This document shows positions 19,735 to 29,863 of a stretch of 64,000 bases of DNA, in pieces; within the stretch, counting starts at the first letter, position 1, and each line of letters opens with the position of its first letter. The stretch covers positions 29,703 through 93,702 of the forward strand of contig JBDHJS010000025.1 in NCBI GenBank assembly GCA_039586795.1, in the 5' to 3' direction. The notes below the pieces were generated by a model. It was given only the letters and a program-made list of their open reading frames with translations. It had not been told where the DNA came from and did not search any database. Position numbers and translations under genes: made by a program. Source of the stretch: Gemmatimonadota bacterium. GTDB lineage: Bacteria > Gemmatimonadota > Gemmatimonadetes > Palauibacterales > KS3-K002.

Positions 19735-19819
19735 GGGGGTAATTTGTGGGGTTGGGGATGGGGGCGATAGGGGCTTTGATGATGATTGGTTGATAGCTGG
19801 GGGTGATGTTGTTGCTGGA

Positions 19820-19854
19820 AATGTTCAACACCTAATCCTCAATGCTCAATGGTC
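19820..19854. repeat. Left heptamer arm flanking the four-helix-bundle gene
   Basis: AATGTTC AACACCT AATCCTC AATGCTC AATGGTC. Confidence 0.85.
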
Positions 19855-20249
19855 ATGTGAAGAAGGAACGTGAGTACGATCTTGAGGAGCGGTTGATCAG
19901 CTTTGCTGTCATGATTAGCGAGATTGCTGATCGGTTGCCCAGGACTCGTTTGGGGCGCCATGTATATGGGCAGTTGGTGCGATGCGGTACATCCGTTGCG
20001 CCGAACTACGCTGAAGCACAGAACGCTGAGTCGAGGAGAGACTTCATTCATAAGATGAAGATCTGCCTGAAGGAACTCGGAGAGACGGTTGTGTGGTTGA
20101 AGCTCAGTCTTAGGACTGGGAGCGGTAGAAGGGCTGGAGCGGAAGCCGGGCTCCGCGAAGCCACCGAGCTAACAAGGATCTTCGCCACAAGCATCCAGAC
20201 CGCCAAACGGAACTCTAGCGCGAGGCGACCCCCCCAATCCCCACCGTGA
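19842..20249 (+). CDS. Four helix bundle protein (23S rRNA IVS protein/TIGR02436 family, Avd-like fold)
   Basis: YDLEERL, QLVRCGTSVAPNYAEAQNAESRRDFIHKMKICLKELGET, ELTRIFATSIQTA. Lower GC than neighbours. Start may be GTG at 19857. Confidence 0.92.
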   Translation: MLNGHVKKEREYDLEERLISFAVMISEIADRLPRTRLGRHVYGQLVRCGTSVAPNYAEAQNAESRRDFIHKMKICLKELGETVVWLKLSLRTGSGRRAGAEAGLREATELTRIFATSIQTAKRNSSARRPPQSPP

Positions 20250-20282
20250 AGATTGAGGATTAGGTGTTAGGTGTTGAGGATT
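20248..20282. repeat. Right heptamer arm, inverted relative to the left arm
   Basis: GAAGATT GAGGATT AGGTGTT AGGTGTT GAGGATT; 20252-20268 is the exact reverse complement of 19827-19843. Confidence 0.88.
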
Positions 20283-20309
20283 TTCGCTGGTGTGAAGACC
20301 TAGAGCGAC

Positions 20310-20341
20310 AAACTGAAACGGGCCGCAAAAGCGCGGCCCGT
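20310..20341 (-). terminator. Intrinsic terminator downstream of the M16 peptidase gene
   Basis: 9-bp stem ACGGGCCGC/GCGGCCCGT followed on the minus strand by TTCAGTTT. Confidence 0.7.
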
Positions 20342-20362
20342 CTCACGTCAATATCGAGAAAC

Positions 20363-23221
20363 CTACTCACCACCACCCTCCGCCTGCTCTTCCGGATACA
20401 ACGAAACCCGCACATAATTCTCAACATTCAAATACAACCGGGCCGCTTCCCGCACGTCCTCCGCCGTCAACGCATCGATATACTCCAAATACGTCGGGAT
20501 GTCTCGCATGTCTCCGCCCGACGCAACCCGGGCGTTCATCTGGCCGATCCAGTATCCGTTGTTTCGCAGGTTCGTCTCGTTAGAGCGTCGCTGCTGTTCC
20601 TTCACCTTGTCGATGTCTTCTTGGCTCGGTCCGTCCGTCTTCAGGCGCTCGATCACGGCGAACACGGAGTCGACCATCTCTTCCAGTCGATCCGGTGACG
20701 TGCCGAAGCTGATCGTGTACGAGTATTCCTCGCGGGGGTTCTTGCTCGAGGCGCCGCTGACGCCGACCCCGTAGGTGCCGCCCATGTCTTCGCGCAGCAC
20801 CTCGCGCAGCTGGATCCGCATGACGCTGGCAAGTGACGCCAGGTGGTGGCGGTTGGTGCGGTTCCACTCGAACGGGCCGGTGAAGACGATGCGCGTCTGC
20901 GCTTTCGGTTCGATGCCGCGGTAGACCGTCTTCTCGATCACGCCGGTGGGCGGCGTGATACCGACATCGCGCCAGGCCTCGTCGCGACGCGTGGAGGGGA
21001 GGCTGGCCAGATAGGTCTCGACCAGCGGCTTCAGTTCGTCGGGGTCGAAGTTGCCGACGAACATGAAAGTGAAGTCGCTGGCATCGGCGAAGCGATCAGT
21101 GAAGAAGTCGTACGAGATGTCCAGGTTCGTCTCGGTCTCGTAGCGTCCGGCGCTGGGCGGCCGGGCGCGCGGATGGCCTTGGGACATGGTGACGGTAATC
21201 GTATCGAAGAACGCCGTGTTCGGATCGGCCTGGCGGTTTGCTAGGAAGCCGGCCATGCGGGTCTTCCAGGACTGGAAGGCCTCTTCATCCCTGCGCGGTT
21301 GGGTGAAGAACAGGTAGACGAGCTGGAACAGGGTCTCCACGTCCTGCGGCGATGCGCTGCCGGAGAAACCCTCGGACAGGCCGCCGATGAACGGGGACAC
21401 GCTGACAGCTTTGCCGGCCAGTGCCTTCTGGAGATCGACGAAGTTGAACTCGCCAGCTCCGCTCTGGCCGACTATGGCCGAGGCGGTGGCCGCGGCCAGG
21501 TAGTCCTCATCGGACGCCAGCGACGTGCCGCCTGGACTGTAGGCGCGCATCAGGATCTCGTCGTCCTTGAAGTCGGTCGGCTTGAGCAGCACGTCGACTC
21601 CGTTTGACAGCGCCCAGCGAGTGATCCCGACCTCGGGCATCTCTCTCGTCATCCTGACCGACCCGGCCACCGGCATCACGGCGACGAGCGGCGCGTCGGC
21701 GACCGCGTCCTCGTAAGCGTCGACCTCGGCGGCCGCGGCCGCGGCCATCACCACCCCCAGCTCATCATCGGTCGGGATCTTCACGCCTTCCTTCTCCGGG
21801 CCGTTCACCATGACGACGCGGTTGCCGTCGACGATCCATTCGCTGGCCAGGCGGTTCACCTCTTCCAGCTCGATCCCCGGGACGAATCTCTGGTAGAGCC
21901 CGAACTCGTAGTCGATGCCGGGGATCGGCTCGTCGTACAGATAGGCCCGGAGGTATTCGGCCGCGTAGGCGCTGGAGTTTGTCTTCTCGCGCTCCGCGTG
22001 GGCCTGTTCCATGCTGCGCAACATCTCGGATTTCGCCCGCGCCAGCTCGGTTCCAGTGAACCCGTGCTGCGCGACTCGCGCGCCTTCGATGAGCAGCGCT
22101 TCCAGGCCGCGCTCGATCCCGTTCTCCGGGACGGCGGCCACCATCAGATAGACTTCGCTGCTACCGATGAAGCGTCCCTGGCCCGTGAAGGCGAACATGA
22201 ACGGTGGGTCGGCTTCCCGGGTCTTCTCCATCAACCGGGTGTTGAGCATCTGGCTGAACAGCGACTCGACGAGGGACTGGCGGTAGGAACTAACGTCGCT
22301 GGCCTCTCGCGCCGGCTGCTTCCAGTAAATGCTGACTGTGTTGTTGGGCGCCTCGGGATCGCTGGCGATGGCGTAGAGGGTCTCCTCGTGGTCGGGCACG
22401 GCGAAGACCGTTCGCTCACGAGGGTTGTCGGCCATCTCGAGGCCGGAGAAGTGTTGTTTGATCAGCTCCTCTATCACCGCCGCATCGAAATCGCCTACGG
22501 CGATGACGGCCATCAGGTCGGGTCGGTACCAATCTGTGTAGAAATCGATCAGCGTCTGGTACTCGAAGCTCTCGAGGATCTCGGGCTTGCCGATGGGCAG
22601 ACGCTCTGCGTAGCGAGAGTCCTTGAACAGAATCGGCAGCTGCTTTTCCTGCATGCGCATCATCGCGCCTTGCCCAAGCCGCCATTCTTCGATGATGACG
22701 CCGCGCTCCTTGTCGATCTCCTCGTGATCGAAAATCTGACCGTGGGCCCAGTCCTCCAGAACCAGAAACGCGGTTTCAACCAGCTCCGCGCTGTCGGTGG
22801 GCACCTGCAGCATGTACACCGTCTCATCGAAGCTGGTATAGGCGTTGATCTCCGGCCCGAACTGCATGCCGATGCCCTCGAGATAGTCCACCAGCTCCTG
22901 CTTCTCGAAATGCTCCGTGCCATTGAACGCCATATGCTCGACGAAGTGGGCCAGCCCCTGCTGGTCGTCGTTCTCGAGCACCGAGCCGGCGTTGAGCACC
23001 AGGCGCAGTTGCGCCCGGTCGCGTGGCTCGCTGTTCTCGCGGATGTAGTAGCGGATTCCATTCGGCAGTGTGCCGGTGATGACCGCCGGATCGACTGGCA
23101 GCCGCTGGTCCAGCCCGGCCTGGGCGGCTGCCGGATCCTGGGCAGAGGCCGGTCGCAGGCTCAACAAGACTGCGGCCGCGGCCAGCACGGAAGGGAACAG
23201 TCGGCGTCTCATGAGCATCAC
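20363..23221 (-). CDS. M16 family zinc protease (PqqL-like), exported
   Basis: Signal peptide ASA-Q, inverted zincin HFVEH, NAYTSFDETVY, LREDMGGTY. Confidence 0.95.
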   Translation of the reverse strand: MMLMRRRLFPSVLAAAAVLLSLRPASAQDPAAAQAGLDQRLPVDPAVITGTLPNGIRYYIRENSEPRDRAQLRLVLNAGSVLENDDQQGLAHFVEHMAFNGTEHFEKQELVDYLEGIGMQFGPEINAYTSFDETVYMLQVPTDSAELVETAFLVLEDWAHGQIFDHEEIDKERGVIIEEWRLGQGAMMRMQEKQLPILFKDSRYAERLPIGKPEILESFEYQTLIDFYTDWYRPDLMAVIAVGDFDAAVIEELIKQHFSGLEMADNPRERTVFAVPDHEETLYAIASDPEAPNNTVSIYWKQPAREASDVSSYRQSLVESLFSQMLNTRLMEKTREADPPFMFAFTGQGRFIGSSEVYLMVAAVPENGIERGLEALLIEGARVAQHGFTGTELARAKSEMLRSMEQAHAEREKTNSSAYAAEYLRAYLYDEPIPGIDYEFGLYQRFVPGIELEEVNRLASEWIVDGNRVVMVNGPEKEGVKIPTDDELGVVMAAAAAAEVDAYEDAVADAPLVAVMPVAGSVRMTREMPEVGITRWALSNGVDVLLKPTDFKDDEILMRAYSPGGTSLASDEDYLAAATASAIVGQSGAGEFNFVDLQKALAGKAVSVSPFIGGLSEGFSGSASPQDVETLFQLVYLFFTQPRRDEEAFQSWKTRMAGFLANRQADPNTAFFDTITVTMSQGHPRARPPSAGRYETETNLDISYDFFTDRFADASDFTFMFVGNFDPDELKPLVETYLASLPSTRRDEAWRDVGITPPTGVIEKTVYRGIEPKAQTRIVFTGPFEWNRTNRHHLASLASVMRIQLREVLREDMGGTYGVGVSGASSKNPREEYSYTISFGTSPDRLEEMVDSVFAVIERLKTDGPSQEDIDKVKEQQRRSNETNLRNNGYWIGQMNARVASGGDMRDIPTYLEYIDALTAEDVREAARLYLNVENYVRVSLYPEEQAEGGGE

Positions 23222-23317
23222 TCCTGGTAACGGGACGGTTGGGTCCCGGGAGATGTAGAGGGGCTTACAAGCTCAATAATATGCCGACGGCGACTCAGGC
23301 GGGCCAGAGGGTCAAGC

Positions 23318-23346
23318 TTGAGTTGGGTTCTCCGTTCGGTCATATT
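23318..23346 (+). promoter_or_regulatory. Putative sigma70 promoter for the alaS operon
   Basis: TTGAGT-17 nt-CATATT. Confidence 0.45.
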
Positions 23347-23402
23347 CCAGTTGATTCAAGGACTTTCGGGAATGAGGCTCACACCTCAGTACGGTTCAGG
23401 CG

Positions 23403-26042
23403 ATGACATCTGAAGAGATCAGACAAGCTTTCATAGACTATTTCGTGCGTAACGGACACACGCATGTCCCTTCATCTTCTTTGGTGCCGGCGGACGACCC
23501 CACGCTCCTGTTCACGAACGCCGGGATGAACCAGTTCAAGAAGACGTTCCTGGGACAGGAGCCGCGGCCGTACAAGCGGGCGACGACGGCGCAGAAGTGC
23601 GTTCGCGCGGGCGGCAAGCACAACGACCTGGAAGAAGTGGGTCGAACGGCTCGGCACCACACGTTCTTCGAGATGCTGGGCAACTTCTCGTTCGGCGACT
23701 ACTTCAAGCGCGAAGCGATTCACTTTGGCTACCAGTTCTTCACCGAGGACCTGGGGTTCGATCCGGAGCGCATCTGGGCGACGATCCACCACAGCGATGA
23801 CGAGGCGTTCGAGCTGTGGCAGGAGGTGACCGGTCTGCCGGCGGGGCGGATTCTCCGTTTCGGCGACAAGGACAACTTCTGGCAGATGGCGGACACCGGT
23901 CCTTGCGGTCCGTGCTCCGAGTTGCACCTCGACCAGCGACCCAAGGGCTCCAAGCAGGACCTGAGCGTGGAGGAGTTCGCCGAGCTGACCGAGGCGGGCC
24001 AGATCCTCGAGTTGTGGAACCTGGTCTTCATGCAGTTCGATCGGGACGAAGAAGGCAATCTGAACCCGCTGCCCAAGCCGTCCATAGACACGGGCGCCGG
24101 ACTCGAGCGCATCGCCGCCGCCGTGCAGGGCGTCGATTCGAACTATCACACCGATCTGTTCATGCCGCTCATCCATCGGGCGGAAGAGCTGGTAGAGAAG
24201 AAGTACGAGGCCGAGACGGAGAGCGGCACGTCGTACCGTGTGATTGCCGACCACGCCCGGGCGACGGCCTTTCTGATCGCCGATGGCGTCTTCCCGACCA
24301 ACGAGGGGCGAGGCTACGTGCTGCGGCGGATCATGCGCCGTGCCGGCCGACACGCCTGGCTGCTGGGACGCCGGGAACCGACGCTGTATGAGATCTGCGA
24401 TGAAGTCATCACGACGATGGGCGGGGCCTACCACGAGCTCGTGGATCGTCGCGATCACATCTTGCGGACCGCTCGGGCTGAGGAAGAGCGGTTCATGGCG
24501 ACGATCGACGAGGGGATGCAGCGGTTCGACGAGCTGGCGCCGGCGGGTGGGAGCGGCACGGTCTCCGGCGCCGAGGCCTTCAAGTTGTACGACACCTTCG
24601 GATTCCCCCTCGATCTCACGGAGTTGATGGCCCAAGAGCGTGGCTACGAGATCGACACGGAGGGCTTCGAGCGCGAGTTGGACGAACAGCGACAGCGGTC
24701 CCGGGATCAGCGCGACAAGCAGCGCCAGCGCGGCGACCTGGACGCGCGCGCCGCCAACATCCCTACGGAAGGCTGGACCCGTTACTCGGAGGACGAGCAG
24801 GAATGGGTGGGCTACGAAGAGCTCGTCGTCGATACCGAGGTGCTGGCGGCGGTGCGACAGAACGGGCGGATCGCCATCGAGTTGCGCGGCAACCCGTTCT
24901 ATGCGGAGGCCGGCGGACAGGTGAGCGACGGCGGCTACGTCGAGGGCGACGGCTGGCGGATGGAGGTGGACGAGGTCGCCCGATTCGAGCACGGGATCGT
25001 GATCGCCGGACCGATCGAAGGCGAGTTCAAGCCGGGCAGCGTGCGGGCCATTGTCGACATCGTGCGTCGCAGCACGCAGCGCAACCATACTGCTACGCAC
25101 TTGCTACATGCGTCGTTGCGGACGGTGCTCGGCGAGCACGTGGCGCAGGCCGGATCGTTGGTCGCGCCTGACCGGTTACGCTTCGACTTCACTCACACCG
25201 GTCCATTGACCGAGATCGAGATCGACGAGATCGAGCGACTGGTCAACGAACAGATCTGGGCCGACAAGGAAGTGACGAAGCAGTCCCTTCCTTATCGTGA
25301 CGCGATCGAGCGCGGCGCGATGGCGCTGTTCGGTGAGAAGTACGGGGATACGGTTCGGGTGGTGGAGGTGCCGGGCTACAGCCTCGAGCTTTGCGGTGGC
25401 TGCCATGTCGACACGACCGGCGAGATCGGTTTGTTCAAGATCGTGTCGGAGACGGGTTCGGCGGCGGGTGTGCGACGGATCGAGGCGGTGACCAGCTCCC
25501 AGGCGTACGAGCTGGTGAAGAACCAGGAGCGGTTGCTCCAACAGCTGAGCGCCGCGCTCAAGGTGCCGGGCGAAAACCTGGTGAAGCGGGTCGAGACGTT
25601 GTTGACCGAGCAGCGCGATCTGAAAGCGCAGCTGCAGAACGCGCTCAGCGGCGCCGCACAGGACCAAGTCGCGGAGCTCATGGATGTGGCGGAAGAAGTG
25701 GACGGCGCTAAGGTCGCTTCCGGAATGATCGAGACCGCCGATTCGGAGTCGCTTAGAGCGTTCGGTGACCGGATGAGAGATCGACTGGGTAGCGGCGTGG
25801 GCGTGATCGTCGCCCGCGTCGGCGAGCGTCACGCGATGTTGGTCGTGGTGACGGATGACCTGATCGGGAAGGGCCTGCGGGCTGACGCTGTGGTGCGCGA
25901 AGTCGCGAAGCTTGCTGGCGGAAAGGGCGGCGGACGACCGCATATGGCGCAGGCGAGTGTCGGCGAGCCCGAGAAGGCGGAGAAGGCGCTGGCGAAGGTG
26001 ACGGAGATCGTTCGCCCGATGATCGAGCGGGCGAAGGCATGA
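23403..26042 (+). CDS. alaS: Alanine--tRNA ligase
   Basis: LLFTNAGMNQFK, HHTFFEMLGNFSFGDYFK, GPCGPCSE, NHTATHLLH, ELCGGCH, GGKGGG. Confidence 0.99.
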   Translation: MTSEEIRQAFIDYFVRNGHTHVPSSSLVPADDPTLLFTNAGMNQFKKTFLGQEPRPYKRATTAQKCVRAGGKHNDLEEVGRTARHHTFFEMLGNFSFGDYFKREAIHFGYQFFTEDLGFDPERIWATIHHSDDEAFELWQEVTGLPAGRILRFGDKDNFWQMADTGPCGPCSELHLDQRPKGSKQDLSVEEFAELTEAGQILELWNLVFMQFDRDEEGNLNPLPKPSIDTGAGLERIAAAVQGVDSNYHTDLFMPLIHRAEELVEKKYEAETESGTSYRVIADHARATAFLIADGVFPTNEGRGYVLRRIMRRAGRHAWLLGRREPTLYEICDEVITTMGGAYHELVDRRDHILRTARAEEERFMATIDEGMQRFDELAPAGGSGTVSGAEAFKLYDTFGFPLDLTELMAQERGYEIDTEGFERELDEQRQRSRDQRDKQRQRGDLDARAANIPTEGWTRYSEDEQEWVGYEELVVDTEVLAAVRQNGRIAIELRGNPFYAEAGGQVSDGGYVEGDGWRMEVDEVARFEHGIVIAGPIEGEFKPGSVRAIVDIVRRSTQRNHTATHLLHASLRTVLGEHVAQAGSLVAPDRLRFDFTHTGPLTEIEIDEIERLVNEQIWADKEVTKQSLPYRDAIERGAMALFGEKYGDTVRVVEVPGYSLELCGGCHVDTTGEIGLFKIVSETGSAAGVRRIEAVTSSQAYELVKNQERLLQQLSAALKVPGENLVKRVETLLTEQRDLKAQLQNALSGAAQDQVAELMDVAEEVDGAKVASGMIETADSESLRAFGDRMRDRLGSGVGVIVARVGERHAMLVVVTDDLIGKGLRADAVVREVAKLAGGKGGGRPHMAQASVGEPEKAEKALAKVTEIVRPMIERAKA

Positions 26043-26368
26043 CGGGCGCCGATTGGCTGGAGCGGCGGCTGGCGGATACGCCGTCTCCGCTGCGGGAGGG
26101 ACTGGAGGAAGCGATCGCCGGCCTCGATCCCGAGGCGGAGTTGAGCGAGGCGCTATTGGCCGCCGCGACCCATACGTTGCAGCGGATACGAGATCGCTTC
26201 GAATACCGGGACGCCGCATTCGATCTGCTGGTGGCGGACGGTCTGCTGACGCTGGCATGCGATGCCGCCGCGTTCAGTGATCCCGGTACGGTGGAAGAGC
26301 GCTGCAAGGCGATGGGCCCGAGCGGCGAACTGGGTCGGCTGGCGCAGACCTGGGCGGGGAGGGACTGA
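26039..26368 (+). CDS. Hypothetical helical protein
   Basis: ATGA-coupled to alaS; AFDLLVADGLLTLACD. Confidence 0.7.
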   Translation: MTGADWLERRLADTPSPLREGLEEAIAGLDPEAELSEALLAAATHTLQRIRDRFEYRDAAFDLLVADGLLTLACDAAAFSDPGTVEERCKAMGPSGELGRLAQTWAGRD

Positions 26369-26418
26369 CGAACACCCAAAAGTCGGATCTGCACGAGCGA
26401 GGTGGGGACCTGCCAGCC

Positions 26419-27204
26419 ATGGCGGACCTTCACACCCACGTGATACCGGCGGTGGACGACGGCGCACCGGACCTGGAGAGCGCGGTCAGCACGCTGCGGA
26501 CGATGTCCGAAAACGGCGTCACCGCAGTGGTGGCGACGCCTCATCTCAATGCCTCGAATCTGAACAGCAAACGGCGGGCACGGGCGGACAAGATATGGCC
26601 GGACCTGGTGTCGCAGGCGGCCCAGGAGGTTCCGGGTATCGAGCTTCACCGAGGCTACGAGATCCAGCTGGACACGCCAGAACTGGATTTGAGCGACCCC
26701 GGTCTACGTCTGGCGGGTACGCGGTTTGCCCTGGTCGAGTTCTTCTCGTTCACCGTCCCGGATCGCTCGGCCGAGGCGCTCGATCGCATAAATGGCAGCG
26801 GTTACGTGCCGATCATTGTGCACCCGGAGCGCTATTGGGGTTACGATGAAGAATTCTCGATCGTGCCCAAGTGGCGCGACGTTGGTGCGCTGCTGCAGGT
26901 GAACAGCGGGAGCTTGATGGGCGAGTATGGAGAGGGCGTTCGCAAGACGGCGCTGCACTTTCTGAAGCAGGGTATGGTCGACCTCATCGCTTCTGACAAC
27001 CATGCCCGACCCAACCGTTGCCCGTCGCTTCGTGACGCGTGGGATTTCTTGATCAAGCGACGCTCGGAAGAGCAGGCGCGCCTTCTGCTGTCCACCAACC
27101 CGCACCGCATTCTGAATGATGAATCGCCGGTGCCCGTCGGACGTCTCGCGTTGCGACGGGGAATCATGACGGTGGTCACCGAGGCGATCAGAGGAGAATT
27201 CTGA
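26419..27204 (+). CDS. CpsB/CapC (YwqE)-family PHP protein-tyrosine phosphatase
   Basis: DLHTHVIPAVDDGA, ATPH, LVEF, HPERY, LQVN, IASDNH. Confidence 0.92.
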   Translation: MADLHTHVIPAVDDGAPDLESAVSTLRTMSENGVTAVVATPHLNASNLNSKRRARADKIWPDLVSQAAQEVPGIELHRGYEIQLDTPELDLSDPGLRLAGTRFALVEFFSFTVPDRSAEALDRINGSGYVPIIVHPERYWGYDEEFSIVPKWRDVGALLQVNSGSLMGEYGEGVRKTALHFLKQGMVDLIASDNHARPNRCPSLRDAWDFLIKRRSEEQARLLLSTNPHRILNDESPVPVGRLALRRGIMTVVTEAIRGEF

Positions 27205-27815
27205 TGTCCCGGGATGGCATGACCAACGGAGAGGCGCTCGCCGCGCACATCACGAGCGAGCTGCGGGAAGGTGCGGAGCTTGCCGAGCGGGTTGCCGGCT
27301 CGTTGGTCGAGCCGATATCGCGACTGACGGCGATGGTTGTCGAAACGCTGGATGCCGGGAACAAGCTGCTCTTTTGCGGAAACGGCGGAAGCGCGGCGGA
27401 CGCGCAGCACTTGGCAGCGGAGTACGTGATCCGTTATCGGCGTCGAAGGGGCTCGCTGCCAGCCATGGCGCTGAGCACGGATACCTCGGCGCTCACCGCC
27501 GCCGGCAACGACTTTGGCTTCGATCATGTCTTTGCGCGGCAGATTGAGGGTGTGGGCGCGCCGGGTGACCTGCTGGTTCTGCATTCGACCAGCGGCGCAT
27601 CGCAGAACCTGATCGAGGCGGCCCGGGTCGCGCGGGAGCGAGGCGTCAAGACGGTGGCGTTGTTGGCTCGGGATGGCGGCGCGCTGAAGAGCGAGGTTGA
27701 TCTGGCGATCGTGATTCCTACGGACTCGACGGCGCGGGCGCAGGAGATGCACATAGCGATCGGGCACGCGGTGGCCGAGTGGGTCGATCGGCTTTGGTCG
27801 AGTGATGAGAGTTGA
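27204..27815 (+). CDS. gmhA: Phosphoheptose isomerase (SIS domain)
   Basis: CGNGGSAADAQHLAAE, GNDFGF, STSG, AQEMH. Confidence 0.93.
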   Translation: MSRDGMTNGEALAAHITSELREGAELAERVAGSLVEPISRLTAMVVETLDAGNKLLFCGNGGSAADAQHLAAEYVIRYRRRRGSLPAMALSTDTSALTAAGNDFGFDHVFARQIEGVGAPGDLLVLHSTSGASQNLIEAARVARERGVKTVALLARDGGALKSEVDLAIVIPTDSTARAQEMHIAIGHAVAEWVDRLWSSDES

Positions 27816-28600
27816 GGGTTGAGGTTCGAATGGGCGAGAGCGTCATCGATCTTGGAGGTAAGCGGGCCATAGTCACGGGTGGATCTCGTGGTATCGGTCG
27901 AGCCACGGCGCTGATGCTAGCGCACGTGGGAGCCGATGTGGGCATCGCGTACCATCAACGTGGCGCAGAGGCGGAAGCGGTCGTCGACGAGGTCCGGAGC
28001 CTGGGCCGAACGGCGTGGTCGGTCGGCTCGGATCTGGGCCAACCCGACGGCGCGGCGGCATTGTTCGAGGTCTGCGACCGTGAGTTCGGTTCGCTCGACA
28101 TCTTCATAGCCAACGCCGGGATCTGGCCGCCGGAGTACGTTCCGCTGGTCGACATGACGGACGAGAATTGGGGCGCGATGATGCGGGCAAATCTCGACTC
28201 CGTCTTCTATACGGTCCGCGAAGCGGCCCGTCGCGTCGTCGATGGGGGCCGGATTATCATCGTTAGCTCGACGGCCGGTCAACGGGGTGAAGCGGGCCAC
28301 AGTCACTACGCCGCCAGCAAGGGAGCGGTGATCTCGTTCGTCAAGTCGCTGGCCGTGGAATTGGGACCGCGGGACATCACGGTGAACGCCGTTGCGCCCG
28401 GTTGGATAGACACGGATATGGCCACGCCCGCCCTGGCGGCGAACGGAGTGCTGGAGCAGGTCGTCGCGCAGATTCCACTGGGTCGCATCGGAAGCGCCGA
28501 CGATATAGCCGGCCCGATTGTGTTTCTGTGCTCACCATTGTCGCGGCACATCACTGGCGAAATTCTCAACGTAAACGGCGGCAGCGTCCTCTGCGGCTAG
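27812..28600 (+). CDS. SDR family oxidoreductase (FabG-like)
   Basis: TGGSRGIG, NAGI, YAASK, NAVAPGWIDTDM. Confidence 0.93.
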   Translation: MRVEVRMGESVIDLGGKRAIVTGGSRGIGRATALMLAHVGADVGIAYHQRGAEAEAVVDEVRSLGRTAWSVGSDLGQPDGAAALFEVCDREFGSLDIFIANAGIWPPEYVPLVDMTDENWGAMMRANLDSVFYTVREAARRVVDGGRIIIVSSTAGQRGEAGHSHYAASKGAVISFVKSLAVELGPRDITVNAVAPGWIDTDMATPALAANGVLEQVVAQIPLGRIGSADDIAGPIVFLCSPLSRHITGEILNVNGGSVLCG

Positions 28601-28603
28601 AGC

Positions 28604-29863
28604 GTGACAAAGGGCGAAGTGAGACTCGAGGTACCTGAAGCCGCCAGCGATATCGTTCGGCGGTTGGAAGAGCGAGGCTTCGAGACCTGGGCCGTGGGCG
28701 GCGCCGTGCGCGATGCTTTGCTGAGTGGCTCGCGCGCCGACTGGGATCTGGCCACGGCGGCCCGACCTGAGGTCGTCCGCAAGCTCTTCCGACCTTCCTA
28801 TCCAATCGGGATTCAGTTTGGCACGATCGGCGTCCGCGGAAGCGATGGGTACGTCTACGAAGTCACGACGTTCCGGCGCGACCTGGAGACCGACGGACGC
28901 CATGCCGTGGTAGAGTATGCCGACACGTTGGACGAAGATCTGGGGCGACGCGATTTTACCATAAATGCCATCGCCTATCATCCGCTGCGTCACGAGCTGC
29001 ACGATCCGTACGACGGCCGCGGAGACCTGGATCGCCGAATCCTGCGCTGTGTGGGCGATCCGACCCTGCGCTTCTCAGAGGACTACCTGCGAGTCCTGCG
29101 GGGACTCCGTTTCGCCGGCCGCTACGAGCTGGAGATCGAGGACGCGACGTGGGACGCGCTGAAAGCGGCGGTGAGCAACCTGCCGCAGCTGTCCGGCGAA
29201 CGCGTGCGTGAAGAGCTGCTCAAGGTCCTCGCCGGGCCAGCGCCATCCAGGTCCCTCGAGCTCTATCGAAACTCCGGTGCGCTGCACAGAGTTTTTGGTG
29301 AGGTAGCCGGGCTGGAGGATACGGAGTGGCGGATCACACTCGAGGCGATCGACCGTATTCCGGCGGAAGAGACCGGCCTGAGACTGGCGCTGCTGTTTCG
29401 TCCGGCGGGCTTTGAGATCGAGGCGATGATGGCGCGGACTCGATTCTCGAACGCAGAAGTGCGAGGCGTCGTGAACCTGGCTGACGCGCTCGACCAGCCC
29501 CTCCCGCAGCCCGGCGATGAGGTGTCGGCGCGGCGCTGGTTGCGGGATGTGACGCCGGCTTTGGCCTCCTACACGTTGCTACTTCACATGGTGTTGCTCG
29601 AAGCGATGGGCGCCGGTGCAAAGGAGCGGAAGCGCCTGGCGGAGCAGGCTAAGGTGATCGAAACTGTTCGCGAGCGCGGCGACCCGGTGACGCTTGGCGA
29701 TCTGGCAATCGACGGAAACGACTTGAAGGAAATGGGCATGCTGCCGGGCCCAGAGATCGGACGTGCACTAGAGGCGTGCCTGACCGCAGTAATAGAGGAT
29801 CCGTCGCTGAACGAGCAGGCGGTGCTGCTCGCTTACGTGAGCGGGATGCGCGACGAAGAATGA
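28604..29863 (+). CDS. cca: CCA tRNA nucleotidyltransferase
   Basis: [43 protein letters not shown]. Confidence 0.92.
   Translation: MTKGEVRLEVPEAASDIVRRLEERGFETWAVGGAVRDALLSGSRADWDLATAARPEVVRKLFRPSYPIGIQFGTIGVRGSDGYVYEVTTFRRDLETDGRHAVVEYADTLDEDLGRRDFTINAIAYHPLRHELHDPYDGRGDLDRRILRCVGDPTLRFSEDYLRVLRGLRFAGRYELEIEDATWDALKAAVSNLPQLSGERVREELLKVLAGPAPSRSLELYRNSGALHRVFGEVAGLEDTEWRITLEAIDRIPAEETGLRLALLFRPAGFEIEAMMARTRFSNAEVRGVVNLADALDQPLPQPGDEVSARRWLRDVTPALASYTLLLHMVLLEAMGAGAKERKRLAEQAKVIETVRERGDPVTLGDLAIDGNDLKEMGMLPGPEIGRALEACLTAVIEDPSLNEQAVLLAYVSGMRDEE

Noticed and set aside
19842..20249. Diversity-generating retroelement, suggested by the Avd-like gene
   Set aside because: No reverse transcriptase and no TR/VR repeat pair seen in the window
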